Shown: positions 13,396 to 26,500 of the stretch, in pieces
How the letters are laid out: every line of letters starts with the position of its first letter
Position numbering within the stretch: the stretch's first letter is position 1
From: Basidiobolus meristosporus CBS 931.73
Taxonomy: Eukaryota; Fungi; Basidiobolomycota
Assembly (NCBI GenBank): GCA_002104905.1
Contig: MCFE01000652.1
Coordinates: 1 to 49,613 of the forward strand
Length of the DNA stretch: 49,613 nucleotides
Direction of reading: 5' to 3'
Made by a program: the position numbers and the translations under genes
Notes under the pieces: model-generated
The model's database searches: none
What the model saw: only the letters and a program-made list of their open reading frames with translations
What the model was told of the DNA's origin: nothing

Positions 13396-15976
13396 ATAAC
13401 TGGCCAGTACATCCAATTAGCTTATGTGGCACAAAACTTGATGGTAGTCTGATGGCCTGATTGCATGCCTCTAATGGTATTATAATGGCATTGTAGCAGC
13501 CTGCAGCTAGCTCTGTGTAATGCTACTGTAGAAATTTACCAAATGGTATTTTTGTTTTCTAGCTCTCCTTGCACAATTCAATTATTCTACTGTAATATCA
13601 CCCTCTTTATTTTTCTACTCATCACCACCTTGGTAATTCCATGTATAATTTGATTCAAAAGAAACTATGACCTGATGTTTGTTAAGCTCTGCAAAAGTGC
13701 ACACCTGCCACAATTGACATACTTCTATCACCTCTACTTTGCCGCTGTTTAGTGTGATGCTTGCAAAGCTGCCATATACCTTGTATTTCTGATAATGTAT
13801 ACATCTTGCAAACATATGTGTGGTTGCTGCCACTTCTGCCATAAATATCTCCTTAATATCTGCTATGCACTTTTTATTACCATAGGCATAGGTGTCTGCA
13901 TGTACACATCTGTCCTTGGTATTTTCTACTCTTAATGGCCATCCTCCATATGTCATCTCAACACATCCATAATGGATTTAAACCTAATGTTCTTGATGAG
14001 ATTAAGATAAGGTAGTACAAGCAACTTGACTTGTCTTCCTATTTCCTTACACATCCACTCCATAGGAAACTCCAAAAAGTGAGGTAAGGCCCAATATTAT
14101 CCACACACAAGCAAGTTGGAGTAGAGAGTTGATACAGTAGCTGCAGAGATCAACTAGCACAGCTTTATGTTTGTAGTGTAGCTGCTCAAATCCTGTCACA
14201 AACTCCTTGCACAGCATCTGTATATGCATCAAGTTGGCATTGGTGATCTGCTTCTGGATAAATATTCCTACAATGTCAATCAGTGACTCCCAATGCTTAC
14301 AATGTAATCTCAGAAGATATGGCTTCAGAAGGCCACTTGAATAAATACATATTCAGTTGATCCAGTCCTTGCACTTGTATTGTTGCAGATGTGTATGAAT
14401 GTTGATTGGACTCTGGGAGAGGTAGTTATAGAAGTAGATACTCTGTAATGACTTGCCATTTCTTTCAAGTTTCTCCAGTATCTGAAAGGGCCCATTTAGC
14501 TTGAAATGCCCCATGTACCACTTGGTTATCAGTGCAGGGATATTGCTCAAAGCAAATGCATTTCTCCCAGTGGAAAGCTTTGGCTCCAACAGATAACCTC
14601 TACTGAGTATGTCTGCTTTCCAAATAATTACATTTCCACTCAATGGCTGATAGCTTGCCAACTTTGATGCATTTGCATGCTGACTTTAGTATGTTCTCTT
14701 TATGGGAAAATAATGTTCTTAGTATGGGTATTTAGGTAATAATAATGTGTGTGAGGTATGGAATAGGTCCCCTGGATCCCACACATTCAACATCAATACC
14801 ATTCATTTTGCCCAGAAATGGCAGCTATCTTGCTGATGGCTGCAGTATCTCAAATGCAGATAGTAATATGCACTTTGACATAATGGCCATTCACTGTTAT
14901 CACTCTGGAAAGCATACAAAATTCATGCAGCAATGCATCCAAGTTGCTAACTAGGTTGGACAGTGACTTAGGCCCGGATATCAGTGGGACTACCATCAGA
15001 ATTTCTGCCCTGATACTATAAGATAGGCGGCAGACTCATGTTGATGAATATCAGTGGCCAGCAGGACTTGCTGGTGGTGTACTTGCTTAACAAGAACTCA
15101 TCAAGCACCAAGGCAAAGGCATGGTCACACAAACCATCAAAGTAGCCCTTGCTTTGTAGATCTTTGTAATGATTGCCCTAAAGTATATTGGATATGTTTG
15201 CACTTGAGTAATAATTGGTACAGTACCCTGTTGCTTCTCAATATTTGTCAGACTGCATGAGCCTCTTTAGACAGGGTATTGCGCAAATATATCCAGAGTG
15301 TGAACAATGTTTTTCCCCAGTAGTGGTAGATTCCTGACAAGTGAGACACCTTGCAATGGTGGTATTTTCTGATGTGAATGCCATAGAGTTGTTAACGCAT
15401 ACTGGTATATATGTTTGTACCATGTACATGGTAAGTTGCATCTGGGGATGTTTTACAAGAAGCAGTAGTAAATTTTCAAAGCCCCCATTGCCAATATAAG
15501 TGGAGACACACCACATTTCTAGCCACAACATCACATCAGTCAGCAGTAGATGGACTACTGGACTCAATTGGCTCCATGGAGTATCCTCAGCATTTTTTTC
15601 CACAGGTTTTGTCTCATTGCAAACAGGGACTTTGCCAGGCTCATGCAGGGTACTGTTGCTAGGGAAGATAGGCTCACAATCCATTAGTGAGCCTGCTTCT
15701 TCAGAGCTATCACTCTGCTTGCCATATTCAGAAGGCTAGGGCAAGCCTTAAGGCTTCACAAACTCACCTGACACAGTTTGCATAAGGTGACAAGCATGGC
15801 CAGGTGCCATTATAGATGTATCAAGTGTCTGGCAAGATATTGTTAGTACAGTAGGGACTGAACAATGGCCAAATATGACTTGTGTGGTAAAACTCTGTCT
15901 TTGATCCCTGTAATACTTCCTATGCTATCTGCATGCTTGATGGCTGAGAGGCTTGCTACAATAGCCATACAGTCTT

Positions 15977-16345
15977 TGTTGAAATATTGGACTATTTGGT
16001 ATCATTCAGCAGCTAAAAATTTACTTAACAACTCTAGACTAGTCTTAGTCACTGTAGGACTCATTTACTGCCTTAACTTTGCCACTTTCTCCAGATATAT
16101 GATCTTATGATTATTCCCCTATAGTCAGGATCAAATTAGCACTATTACCAAACATAATGTACTAACCCTGAAACTGTTACAGAATGCTCCTGAATATTGA
16201 GAAACCCTCCCTACTTAGTGTTGCAGCTGTATTACTTCTACAAAGGTATAAATACTGAGCTTCTTTATGAATAAACAACAATTCAACTATTATCACTATT
16301 TCTTGATAAGTTCCTTATATCCAAATCACTTCTTAAATTGCAACA
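15977..16345 (+). repeat. Solo LTR of Copia family B
   Basis: 369 bp, TG...CA ends, reverse complement of LTR 13027-13395. Flanks GTCTT/TTCTT (TSD with one mismatch). Confidence 0.93.
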
Positions 16346-16591
16346 TTCTTTCTTCTCTTCTCTGATGGCATTGAATCAAAGTAGTCTTGCCTATGGGGCA
16401 AACCATGTAACACTTAATAGTGCCATGCTAGTATATCATTTTTCTGTCAATACTCATATGAACTTAAGACATTTTTGTATTTGATACAATGCACCTACAT
16501 GAATGTAAGATTCAATGATGACCTGCCATAGTAAGCATTATAAATAAAGTTGTGGCACCAGCTACACTTGTATATGAAGCACCATTTCCCC

Positions 16592-18651
16592 TGCTACAAT
16601 ATAAGAAGTGATTTAGATGTAAGGAACTTATCAAGAAATTGTGGTAATTGTCAAACTGTTACTGATTCATGAATAAACTCAGTGTTTATACCTTCTTAGA
16701 AACTTACAACTTTAACACTAAGCAAGAAGAGCTTCTCATCACCCAGGAGCATTCTTCAACAGTTTCATGGTCTGTATATAATGTTTGGTAAAACTGCTGA
16801 TTGGATCTTGAAACTAGGGGAATAATCACTGGATCATAGATCTGAAGAAGGTGGCAAAGTTAGGGCTGTTAGTAAGCCCTACAGTGAGCAAGACTACTTC
16901 TGAGTTGCTGAGTAAATTTTCAGCTGCTGAATGATAGCAAATAGTCTAGTATTTTAACACTCCCCCTCAACTAAATAATATTGTAGTCCTAATTCTTTTC
17001 TGAGATTCTCAACCTGCAGCCTAGCTAGCAGTTTTGTCAATATATTTGCCACCATTTTGTCAGTTGGGCAGTACACTAGCTCTACTAAGTTATTTACTAC
17101 GGCTTTACTCACAAAGTGATGTTGTATATTTATGTGCTTAGTTCTGGCATTATTAGTAGGATTGCCAGCTAATGAAGCACAACCTTGGTTATCCTTGTAT
17201 ATACATGATGGTTCATCTGGACTAAAACTTACGCCTCTGAATAATTTTGTAGCCATAGCCTCCCTAGTTGCTTAACAAGTAGCCATATACTCAGCTTCAG
17301 TTGTGGATAGGGCCACAGCTGGTTGTTTTTTGCAATACCAAGTAATAGCTACACCAGTAACAGAAAATCATACCCAGTGGTAGTGCTTGATTGCTGTGCT
17401 CTGATCTGATCTGTTGTTTTGCATAAATTGGCTGACTATTCCAGCTGCAACTAAATATCTGGACAGGTACACCCCATGAATTAATTCAGGCTGCCAGCTA
17501 GTGATTGATAGGGAAAGTTTTGCTCCATATTTGAGCCTATTTCACCTAAAACTAGCTGAGATTTATTCACTTTTAGGTTATTGTCTATAGGGGTAGCTGC
17601 AGGCACAAACTTTCCAATTTGAAGCATGTCAGAATGTACCTAAGGTACTTAAATTGATTCAACACAATTTTCTGCCTAAAATATGGTATATGACCTCAAG
17701 TCCAAGTGAATAGCTCAATTTTCCAGGACCTTTCATTTCAAGCTTGTTGAAGAGAGCTGACTTGTCTATTTAAGTGCCTCCTGGGCACTTGTAGCTATTA
17801 TTAGCTTGTGAGTTAGGATGCTCATACCCTAACCCTAAGGCTTTCTCCCACTTGGTAAATCCACCAGTTCCCATGTTCTAGCTTTGATCATTTATTATTA
17901 CTCCCCCTGCATGGCTTGTTGCCACATTGTAGCATCTGCACTTTGCATTGCCTGTACCAGATTCTGAGGTTTGGTACATAAGGCCAGATAAGCTTCTTCA
18001 AGATCAATGGATGTCTGCAACCAGGATCCTGGGGTATTGGTTATCCTGGTAGATCTCCTCACTGTGATAATCTACTCTGATCTGGAACTGGTGAAGTGCT
18101 CTTTCATAACTGACTGAACTATGGATGTATCTTCTTCAATAGTGTTGATTGCATCATCAGGCATCTGGCCAATGATTTCAGTGGCTTTCTGATCCAAATT
18201 CTTGTCAGATACAATGTCACTACTCTTGATCAGCTTCTGAATTTTGCCATCATACACTCTATACCCTTTGGATTTTTCACAATATCCAAGAAGAACCCTT
18301 TTCTGATATATAAGGAACTTAGCAAGAAATAGTGAAAATAGTTGAACTGCTGTTTATTCATATTGAGGCCCAGTATTTATACCTTTGTAGGAGTAATACA
18401 GCTGTAATACCCAGTAAGGAGGGTTTCTCAACATTCAGGAGCATTTTGCTACAGTTTCTGGGCTTGTACAAATTGTTTGGTAAAAGTGTTAATTAGATCT
18501 TAGCTATAGGGGAATAATCATAGGATCATAGACCTGAACAAAGTGGCAATGTAAGGGCTGCTGGTTAGTCCTACAGTGACCAAGACTAGTCCTAAATTGG
18601 TAAGTAAATTTTCAGTTGTTGAATGATCCCAAATAGTGCAATATTTCAACA
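16592..18651 (-). mobile_element. Old, internally deleted Copia-B-related element with TSD TCCCC
   Basis: 3' LTR 16592-16959 plus PPT, decayed RNase H/RT, truncated 5' LTR about 18305-18651. TSD TCCCC at 16587-16591 and 18652-18656. The two LTRs are only roughly 75% alike. Confidence 0.88.
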
Positions 18652-18915
18652 TCCCCTTTGTTTGCCTCACTTGCATATATGTGCTGCCTAAATGTAAAGC
18701 AAAGTTGTCTGGTTCCCAACCAAACCTCACCATTGACAGCAGCAGAGGAGCAGTTGGACAACAGCTTTCTTTGACATTCAGTACAACAAGCAGAGCTACA
18801 ACCAAAAAAGGCCCTATGGAGAGCATGCCCACTGAAGGTAATAATGCAGACTCCTCAGGCTCTCAGCCTAATAGGCAATTGGGAACTTTTGTGAGCTGCA
18901 AGCTGACCATACTGC

Positions 18916-19283
18916 TGTTACAAGTCTTGGTATAAGAGTTGTAGAGGAATAGGGAGTTTAGCTAGTATTGTATTCACTAAAACTTGAACTGATTTTTATT
19001 GAGGTTCCAGCAGCTCCTTATATACATTTTGCCAGATCAATTGCTGACTAATAGTATTTCCTAATGTAGGTTGTGGCTGATGACTCATTTGATTGCATCA
19101 TCATCACCCAATAAGATCCTACTTAATATATCTATTTCTGTCTGATAAGGATCTGCTGATTCATTTGCTGACTAATGCTACTGATTTCATAGATAATATT
19201 GATATACTGATAACCTAAACATATACTGATTGATTTGACTAAAAACTGATCTAACTTAAACATTCAAGCGGCAGATCATAACA
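18916..19283 (-). repeat. Gypsy solo LTR with 4-bp TSD CTGC
   Basis: 368 bp TGTTACA...CATAACA, matching the G1 LTRs. CTGC at 18912-18915 and 19284-19287. Confidence 0.92.
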
Positions 19284-21719
19284 CTGCTGCAGCAGATGAG
19301 AATATAGCAAAAGCAGCACCCCCTGCTGAAGTCCAGCAAGTGGCCATGATAATGCCATCACCACCTGTATTAGCAAGTATGTAGTCAGCTCATGCCAAAG
19401 CATCAAGGGGATAATGAGGTGCAGTGGCTGACAGGGTAGATTCAATGGGCCAGAGAAATCAGGACATAATCCAGAAGTAGGATGAGCAGACAAAAGGTGC
19501 AGAGCAAGCAATATCCCAGGTAGAGAAAGCAATATCTTTGCTGCAAAGAAGGAACTCAAGTAGCCCAAAGTCACAGCCAAGAATTAAGCCATTTCCTAAT
19601 GTAACAGCAGAGGAACATTGCATGGTCTTTGAAGCATAACACCAGTGCACAAAGATAAAGTCTACAAAAAACTCAACACAGTGTGGGAGGGAGAGAATGT
19701 AGTGTTTATACCAAAGCTTAAAAATCTGAAGACATTGTAGATCCATTAAGCTGTTGAGTGCAATGATGAAGAGTGAGCTAATACTCAGGAGGCCAGTAGA
19801 AGTCTGGCACACCAACACTTTAGGGCCAACATACCATGGGACCATCAGCAACTCAAGGCCAAGTAGAGTGTGCTTGACTTGTTCAATGAGCATTATACTG
19901 GATTCAAATAAGCAAATGGATTCTGGGCTAGCATTGATATACTGAGAGAGCATCTCAAGAATAGTAGATAATATCAGAGGCAGAAGAATAACAATGTAAT
20001 GGCTAAAAACCAGCAGCTTTGTCAAGTGCCTGTTACAACAAGGGCTAAAAGCTCCATACAAGCATCAAAGAGATATCAGGAAGCTGGAAGAGTGCTAATC
20101 AGGGACAAGCAGGCTGTCACAGATGCACAAGCACATCATTTATCGAGGAAAAGTCTGGATCCACTAAAGAAGCACTCAGTCAAAGTAGCAGTGTGCTTAG
20201 GATGTGCATTGACTACAGAGCCCCCAACTCAGTTACTGTGAAGAATAAGTACTTTATACCTTGGATTGATGAGCTTTTGGACCAACTCAATGGAGCCACT
20301 ATACTCAGCAAGATTGACCTCATGTCAGGATACAATCAGATTAGAGTGAAACCAGAAGACATCCTTAAGACAGCATTCAGGTCTAGATACAGACACTACA
20401 AGTACTTAGTCATGAGCTTTAGCCTTACCAATGCCCCTGCAACCTTCATGACCATGATTCAAACAGTTGTCCAGAAGTTCTTAGACAAGTTTGTTGATAT
20501 ATACATAGACATCATTTTGATTTTCATCAAGACAGAAGAGGATCACTTGGTGCACATTGAAACAGTCTTGAAAAGCTAAGAGAGAACAAGCTATAAGGTA
20601 AGCTAGCAAAGTATGAATTCTTGAAGGTACATGTTGAATAGCTGGGTCACATATTAAGCAGTACAGGAGTGACCTTAGTCCCTAACAAGGTTGAAGTCAT
20701 CAAGAATCTGGAGCAGCCCTGTAGCATATCAGAACTCAGATACTTCTTGGAATGGTTTCCTATTATTGGAGATTTGTCAAGTCCTTTGCAAATATTGCAG
20801 CCCATTTAACTGATATTCTCAAGAAAGATTACACCTTGAAGTGGGACATAGCCTGTGATACTGCCTTTAAGATGCTCAAGAATGAACTTGCTAAGCTGCC
20901 AAGCTTAAGAATCTCAGACTTCAGAAGAAAGTTTGTTCTGTATACATATGCTTAAGACTATGCAATTGGTGGAGTGCTGAGCCAAGAACATAAGGGAAAG
21001 GACTACCTAGTTGCCATTGAGTCCATGATATTGAACTCAACAGAACAAAACTATCTAGTGCATGAGAAGGAGATGCTTGCAATAATACACTGCTTGAAGA
21101 CATGGAGATGCTATATTAAAGGAGCCAAGTGCACTGAGAAGACTGAACACGCCTCACTCAAGTGTATATTTACTTAGAAGGTACTGTACATTTGAATGGC
21201 AAGATGGAGTGAATACACTCAGCAATTTGACTTGGAGATTGTCTACTGCCCTGGGAAAAACAGCATGGTTGCTGATGTCTTAGCCAGACAAGAACAAGTT
21301 GGACAACTCAGCTTAGTGCATGAATCAGATTGGCTTAACTTATTTCCAAAGTACTTAGAAGACCAAGCCATTCCTAATGATGTAGATGTGGAGATCAAGG
21401 AGATAATCCAGGATGAAGCCAGCAAAACTGCAGTATATGATGAAACACTTTACCAAATTGCTGATGGAAGCCCTATTGCCTATTGCCCTTTTGTTGCTTG
21501 CCTGAATTTAATACATAAGCTACACATTGAATATGGACATCTAGGAACTAAAGGAACCTAAAGTCTTGCAAAATCCAGTGCATAGTGGCCCAGAATGAAA
21601 CAAGATATTGCAAAGCAAGTGAAAAATTCCCTAATTGCCAAATCAACCCAGGCCAATCAAAGAGAATTCCTGAGTTTTTTCCCTTGGAGCCTGTAAGACC
21701 ATTTGAGAGATGGTGTATA

Positions 21720-22355
21720 TGTTGTAAAAATTTGTAATTCCACCTAAATATTCACCTAACTTAGTCACTTAAATCATTACCCTCAATTTCTAGAGAATAC
21801 TGATCAAATTCCCTGTTGGGATTTACTTAGAACATTTTCACCAAAATACCAGATACCCAGAACATGAGAATTCTCAAAGTTGTCCAAACAGCCCCAACCT
21901 TTGCACACATGTTCTTGGAGCCTTCCTTAACCTATTCTATGTGTTTGTAATGCCAAGACCAGGTAAAAGTATAAATACTACTTTACATTCAATAAATCAA
22001 TAGTGAAACCACATAATCTACTTATTCTCCCAATGACTTCCAATATCTCCAAGACTTTTACAACAGGCTATGTGCCCCAAGCTGTCACTCTCTGAAATGT
22101 TGACTACTGCTATTACTGGAATTTTTCCCTCTGCAGAAAAGTTGAATTGATCTAATTACCAAGTGTGGAAGGTGAAAATGACAATGCTGCTTCACAAAAG
22201 AGGCCTTTGGGATATTGTCATGGAAGAAGAATGCCCTCCTAAAATGTGGGAGAAGAAGCCTTAAAGTACCAGAAGAAAGAATAAAGTGCCTTCAACTACA
22301 TTTGCCTTAATGTGAAAGACAAATTGCTAATTCAATGCCCAAGAGCAAAATAACA
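21720..22355 (+). mobile_element. Copia-A LTR + mutated PBS + gag start inserted in the G2 integrase
   Basis: 346-bp LTR 21720-22065, PBS GGCTATGTGCCC 22066-22077, about 280 bp of gag. The Gypsy INT sequence resumes almost without loss after 22355. Confidence 0.92.
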
Positions 22356-22544
22356 TTATTGGAAGACTGCCAACCACCAGGAAATGCAGCATTTGGACTT
22401 TAGTAGCAATTGATCATGTCACAAAATGACCAGTGGCTAAAGCTGTACCTGTAGCCAGTGAACAAGAAGCTGCAAGTTTCATCTACCAAGAGATCCATAT
22501 GAAGCTTGGATGCCCTGTAAAGATTTATGTAACAGAGGAGCAAG

Positions 22545-23420
22545 CTTTATGGTAAAGACATTGAAAGCTTATCTAGAATTGCAGCATATCAAACACTTGA
22601 AAGCCTTGGCATATCACCCTAGAACTAATGGAATTGCCAAGCAGTTTAGTGGTTTATTTGGGAAAATGCTGACCAAGTTTGCAAATGGAGCTGTCAGTAG
22701 ATGGAATGAGTATATAGACTAAGCCCTTTCTGCATGTAGAGTTGGAATACACAACACCACCTAACAATTTAACTTGGTGTATGCATGTGAACCAAAGATA
22801 GCAGAAGATCTCACACAACCAAAATTTACAGATGCCTTAGAAGATGAATTCAGTCAGCCAAGCAGACACCACCAGATGGAACAAATACATCAGGAGGCAC
22901 AGGCCAGAGAACATCAAAGTGCAGAAAAGATGAAGCAGGGATTTGGTAAGACTATATTACCAGTAGCATTGACAGTTGGGAACTTTATATTGCTGAGAAA
23001 CAACACTTGGGAGAAGTTGTAAAACTTATGGCAAAGACATTGAAACTTATCCAGAAATGCAGCAGACCACACACTTGAAAACCTTGGCATATCCCCCTAG
23101 AACTAATGAAGTCACTGTGTAGTTTAATGGATTATTTGGAAAAATGCTGACCAGGTTTGCAAATGGGGCTGACAGCAGAAGGTATGATTATATAGACCAA
23201 GCACTTTTTGCTTGCAGAATTAGAGTGCACAATACCACCCAATAATTGCCACTTTTCTTGGTGTATAGATGTAAACCAAGAATTCCGGGAGATCTCACAC
23301 TACTAAAGCTTACAGAACTCTTAGAAGATGAACTCAGTCAGCTAAGTAGGCACCAGCTACTGGAACAAAGACATTAAGAGGCACAGGCCAAAGTATCTCA
23401 AAGTGCAAAAAAGATGAAGC
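22545..23420 (+). repeat. Diverged tandem duplication of the Gypsy integrase C-terminal region
   Basis: The segment starting (TT)ATGGTAAAGACATTGAAAGC near 22545 recurs at about 23025 and runs to CAAAGTGCAAAAAAGATGAAGC. Confidence 0.82.
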
Positions 23421-23590
23421 AACCAACATTAAGAAATGTAATTAGTCAGCAATTGATCTGGCAAAATGTATATAAGGAGCTGTTGGAATGTTGATAAAAA
23501 TCAGTTCAAGTTTTAGTGAATTCAAGGATCAGTAAGAAGGTGGCAACATTATGGCTGCAAATGAATTCTAAAGTAGCCAATACTAGTCCA

Positions 23591-26500
23591 TGTTGTAAGA
23601 GTCTTGGAGATATTGGAAGTCATTAGCAGAACATGTAGATTATGTGGTTTTACTTCATGATTTATTGAATGCAAAAGTAGTATTTATACTTTTACATGGT
23701 ATTGTCATAATAAGCATGTAGAATAGGTTGAAGAGGGTCCCAAGAACATGTGTGCAATGCTTGGGGCTGTTTGGGCAACTTCAAGAATTTTCATGTTCTG
23801 GGTACCTGGTATTTTGGTAAAAATATTCTAAGTAAATCCCGACAGAGAATTTGGTCAGTATTCTCCAGGATTCAAAGGTAATGATCTAAGTGACTAAGTT
23901 AGGTAAATATTTAGGTGGATTTACAAATTTTTACAACACTCCCACTCAGCCAAATGTACATACTGACCAGTCCTAATTTTGACCTAAGATACTCAAACTT
24001 GTCTCTAGCTAATAGTTTGGTAAATATGTCTGCAATCATTTCATCTGTAGGACAGTAAACTAAGCTAACTAAGTAATTCTCTATAGCTTCACTTATGAGA
24101 TGATGTCTAATATCTATGTGCTTGGTTCTAGCATGACAAGTTGGATTTATACATATTTGTATACATATTTGATTATCTTGAAATAAAGTAATAGGCATTT
24201 TTTAACATAGGCCAAAATCTGTAAAAAGCTTTCTTAACCACATTGCTTCTTTTGTAGCGTCACAGGCTGCCATATACTCTGCCTCTGTGGTAGAAAGTGC
24301 TACAGTTGGTTGCTTTCTTGGGTTCCATGAAATTGCTCCTTTACAGTAAAAAAGGTGTATCCTGTGGTGGATCTTCTGTCTTGCAAATTTTGTTCCCAAT
24401 CTGCATCAGAGTATCCCACAAGGTCCTGTTCTGAATTGTTATAAGTGTATCTTAAGCAGATATCAGCAGTTCCCTTTAGGTATCTAAAAATCTGCTTAAC
24501 TGCTGCAATATGATCAGATCCATAGTTCTGATTATGTTGGCTGACAACTCCCACTGAATGTGAGATATCTGAACGGGTTCTAAGCATGATATACATCAGA
24601 CTGCCAACCATAGACTGATAAGGAAAGTCAGGGCTTCCAGATGGCACCAAGCTCTCTTGATTTGTTTGAATTTTGATGAAGTTAAGCTTTGTCTCCATTG
24701 GGGTAGCTGCTGGTTTACAGTCCTCCATTTGGTACTTCTTTAGTATATCTTGAATATACTTGGATTGGCTTAGGGTGATAGTTTGGGTACTTCTGTCTAT
24801 GGAGAGCTTAATCCCTAAGTAGTAACTGAGTTCTCCTAGATCAGACATCATGAACTCCTTAGATAGGCTGGATTGAGTCTCTTCCAATAATTCTAGGTAA
24901 TTGGCAGCTATAGTAAAATCATCAACATATAAAGCTGACAGCACTGGATTTGCTCTATCTGGCTTATAGTATATACTATAGTCAGCATTACTCCTTTTGA
25001 AACTCCAAGATTGCAAATAAAAGTCTATCTTGCAATTCCAGGCTCTTGGTGATTGTTTAGGACCATATAGTGACTTTTTAAGCTTGCAGACCAAATTGGG
25101 TTATCTTGGTCGGCAATCCCATCAGGCTGGTTTTTATACACATCCTCATCAAGTTCTCCATTCCAAAATGCAGTTTTTACATCCATTTGATGTATAAAAA
25201 ACTTATATCTGGCTTCAATAGCCAATATTAATCAGATGGAATTAAACTTGGCCACCAGTGCAAAGGTCACAGTATAGTCAAGTCTTTTTGTTTGAGAGTA
25301 TCCTTTGGCCACAAGTCTTGCTTTATATCTTTCAACTGTACCATCAGCCTTGTATTTTGTCTTGAAGACCCATCTGCATCCAATTGATTTTTGGTTGATT
25401 GGTAATTTAACCAAGTCCCAAGTTTGATTTTCCAGCAGGGCCTGATATTCCTCAGTCATTGCAGATCTCCAAAAGTTTGTCTGAGGGCTATTTGGGGCCT
25501 CTTTTACAGTCTGGGATTTATCAACATAGACAGAATAGGCATAGGCTAAGTTTGAGCCCTTATTGATATAGTAGTTTGGGCTATTTCTTATCTAATTGGA
25601 TCTCCTGGCATTTGATACTGGAATGATCACTTCTGGGATATTCCTGGGCACAGATTCTGGCTGAACCATAGCTGTAGAGTCCTCTGGAGTGAAAAAATTT
25701 TCATTGTTTTGCTCTGATTCAATCCTGATAATTGGTGGACTTGAGATGAGATTTTTGTCATCATCTGATGGCATTTTTTGTGAAAATTCTGAGTTTTCAT
25801 CAAACAACACATCCCTGAACTTGATTAGCTTCTTTGATTTGGTATTGTAGAATCTGTATACTTTACTCTCATTGCAGTAACCCAAAAATATGCATTTTAC
25901 ACTGTTTGGTTCAAATTTTGACTGATTTCTGGGCAGTATCTTGGCATATGCTGTATACGCAAATATTCTTATATGTTCTGCACTTGGTCTGTGGCCATAC
26001 CATGCTTCAAATGGAGTAGAATTACAAAGTATTCTGTTGTAATTCCTATTTTAAGGTATACAGCTATGGCAACTGATTCCTCCCAAAAATCATAGGATAA
26101 TTTTTGATCATGGACCATAGATCTTGCCATATCAATTATTGATCTGTTTGCACATTCTGCAATCCCATTTTGCTGTGGGGAGTATGGTACAGTAGTTGCT
26201 TGCTTTATCCCTTTAATCTTGCATAAGTGGATGAAGAGTTTTGAGGTATATTCTCCACCATTGTCAGTGTATATTTTCTTGATTTTTTCACCAGTTTCTC
26301 TCTCCACCATGGCTTTAAACTCCCTGAGCTTAGACAGAGCTTCTTTCTTTCTCTCCATGAAGTAGACCCATGTGTATCTTGTATAATCATCAATAAAGTT
26401 GATCAAAAACTTCATCCCACCTAAGGATAAATTTTGCATAGGTCCACACAGACCTGAGTGTATGAGATCTAATTTTTTCTTAGTCTTGATTAACCCAGAG

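Larger units (their letters stand above)
8534..20190 (-). mobile_element. CACTA/EnSpm-like element remnant hosting four nested LTR insertions
   Basis: Pieces 8534-8712, 13396-15976, 16346-16591 and 18652-18915 rejoin across TSDs and are colinear with the copy at 33071-36690. Sequence continues at 19284 to about 20190. Tnp2-like fragments at 13615-15684. No terminal inverted repeats found. Right end approximate. Confidence 0.72.
20190..23530 (+). mobile_element. Ty3/Gypsy pol remnant (copy G2): RT-RNase H-INT plus LTR fragment
   Basis: LRMCIDYR, KIDLMSGYNQIRV, MSFSLTNAPATF, YIDI (decayed YXDD), RNase H, INT core. LTR-like fragment about 23425-23530. Ends approximate. Confidence 0.9.

Noticed and set aside
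19459-20061. 200-aa hydrophobic minus-strand ORF as a host gene
   Set aside because: Best explained as the antisense shadow of a decayed plus-strand frame.
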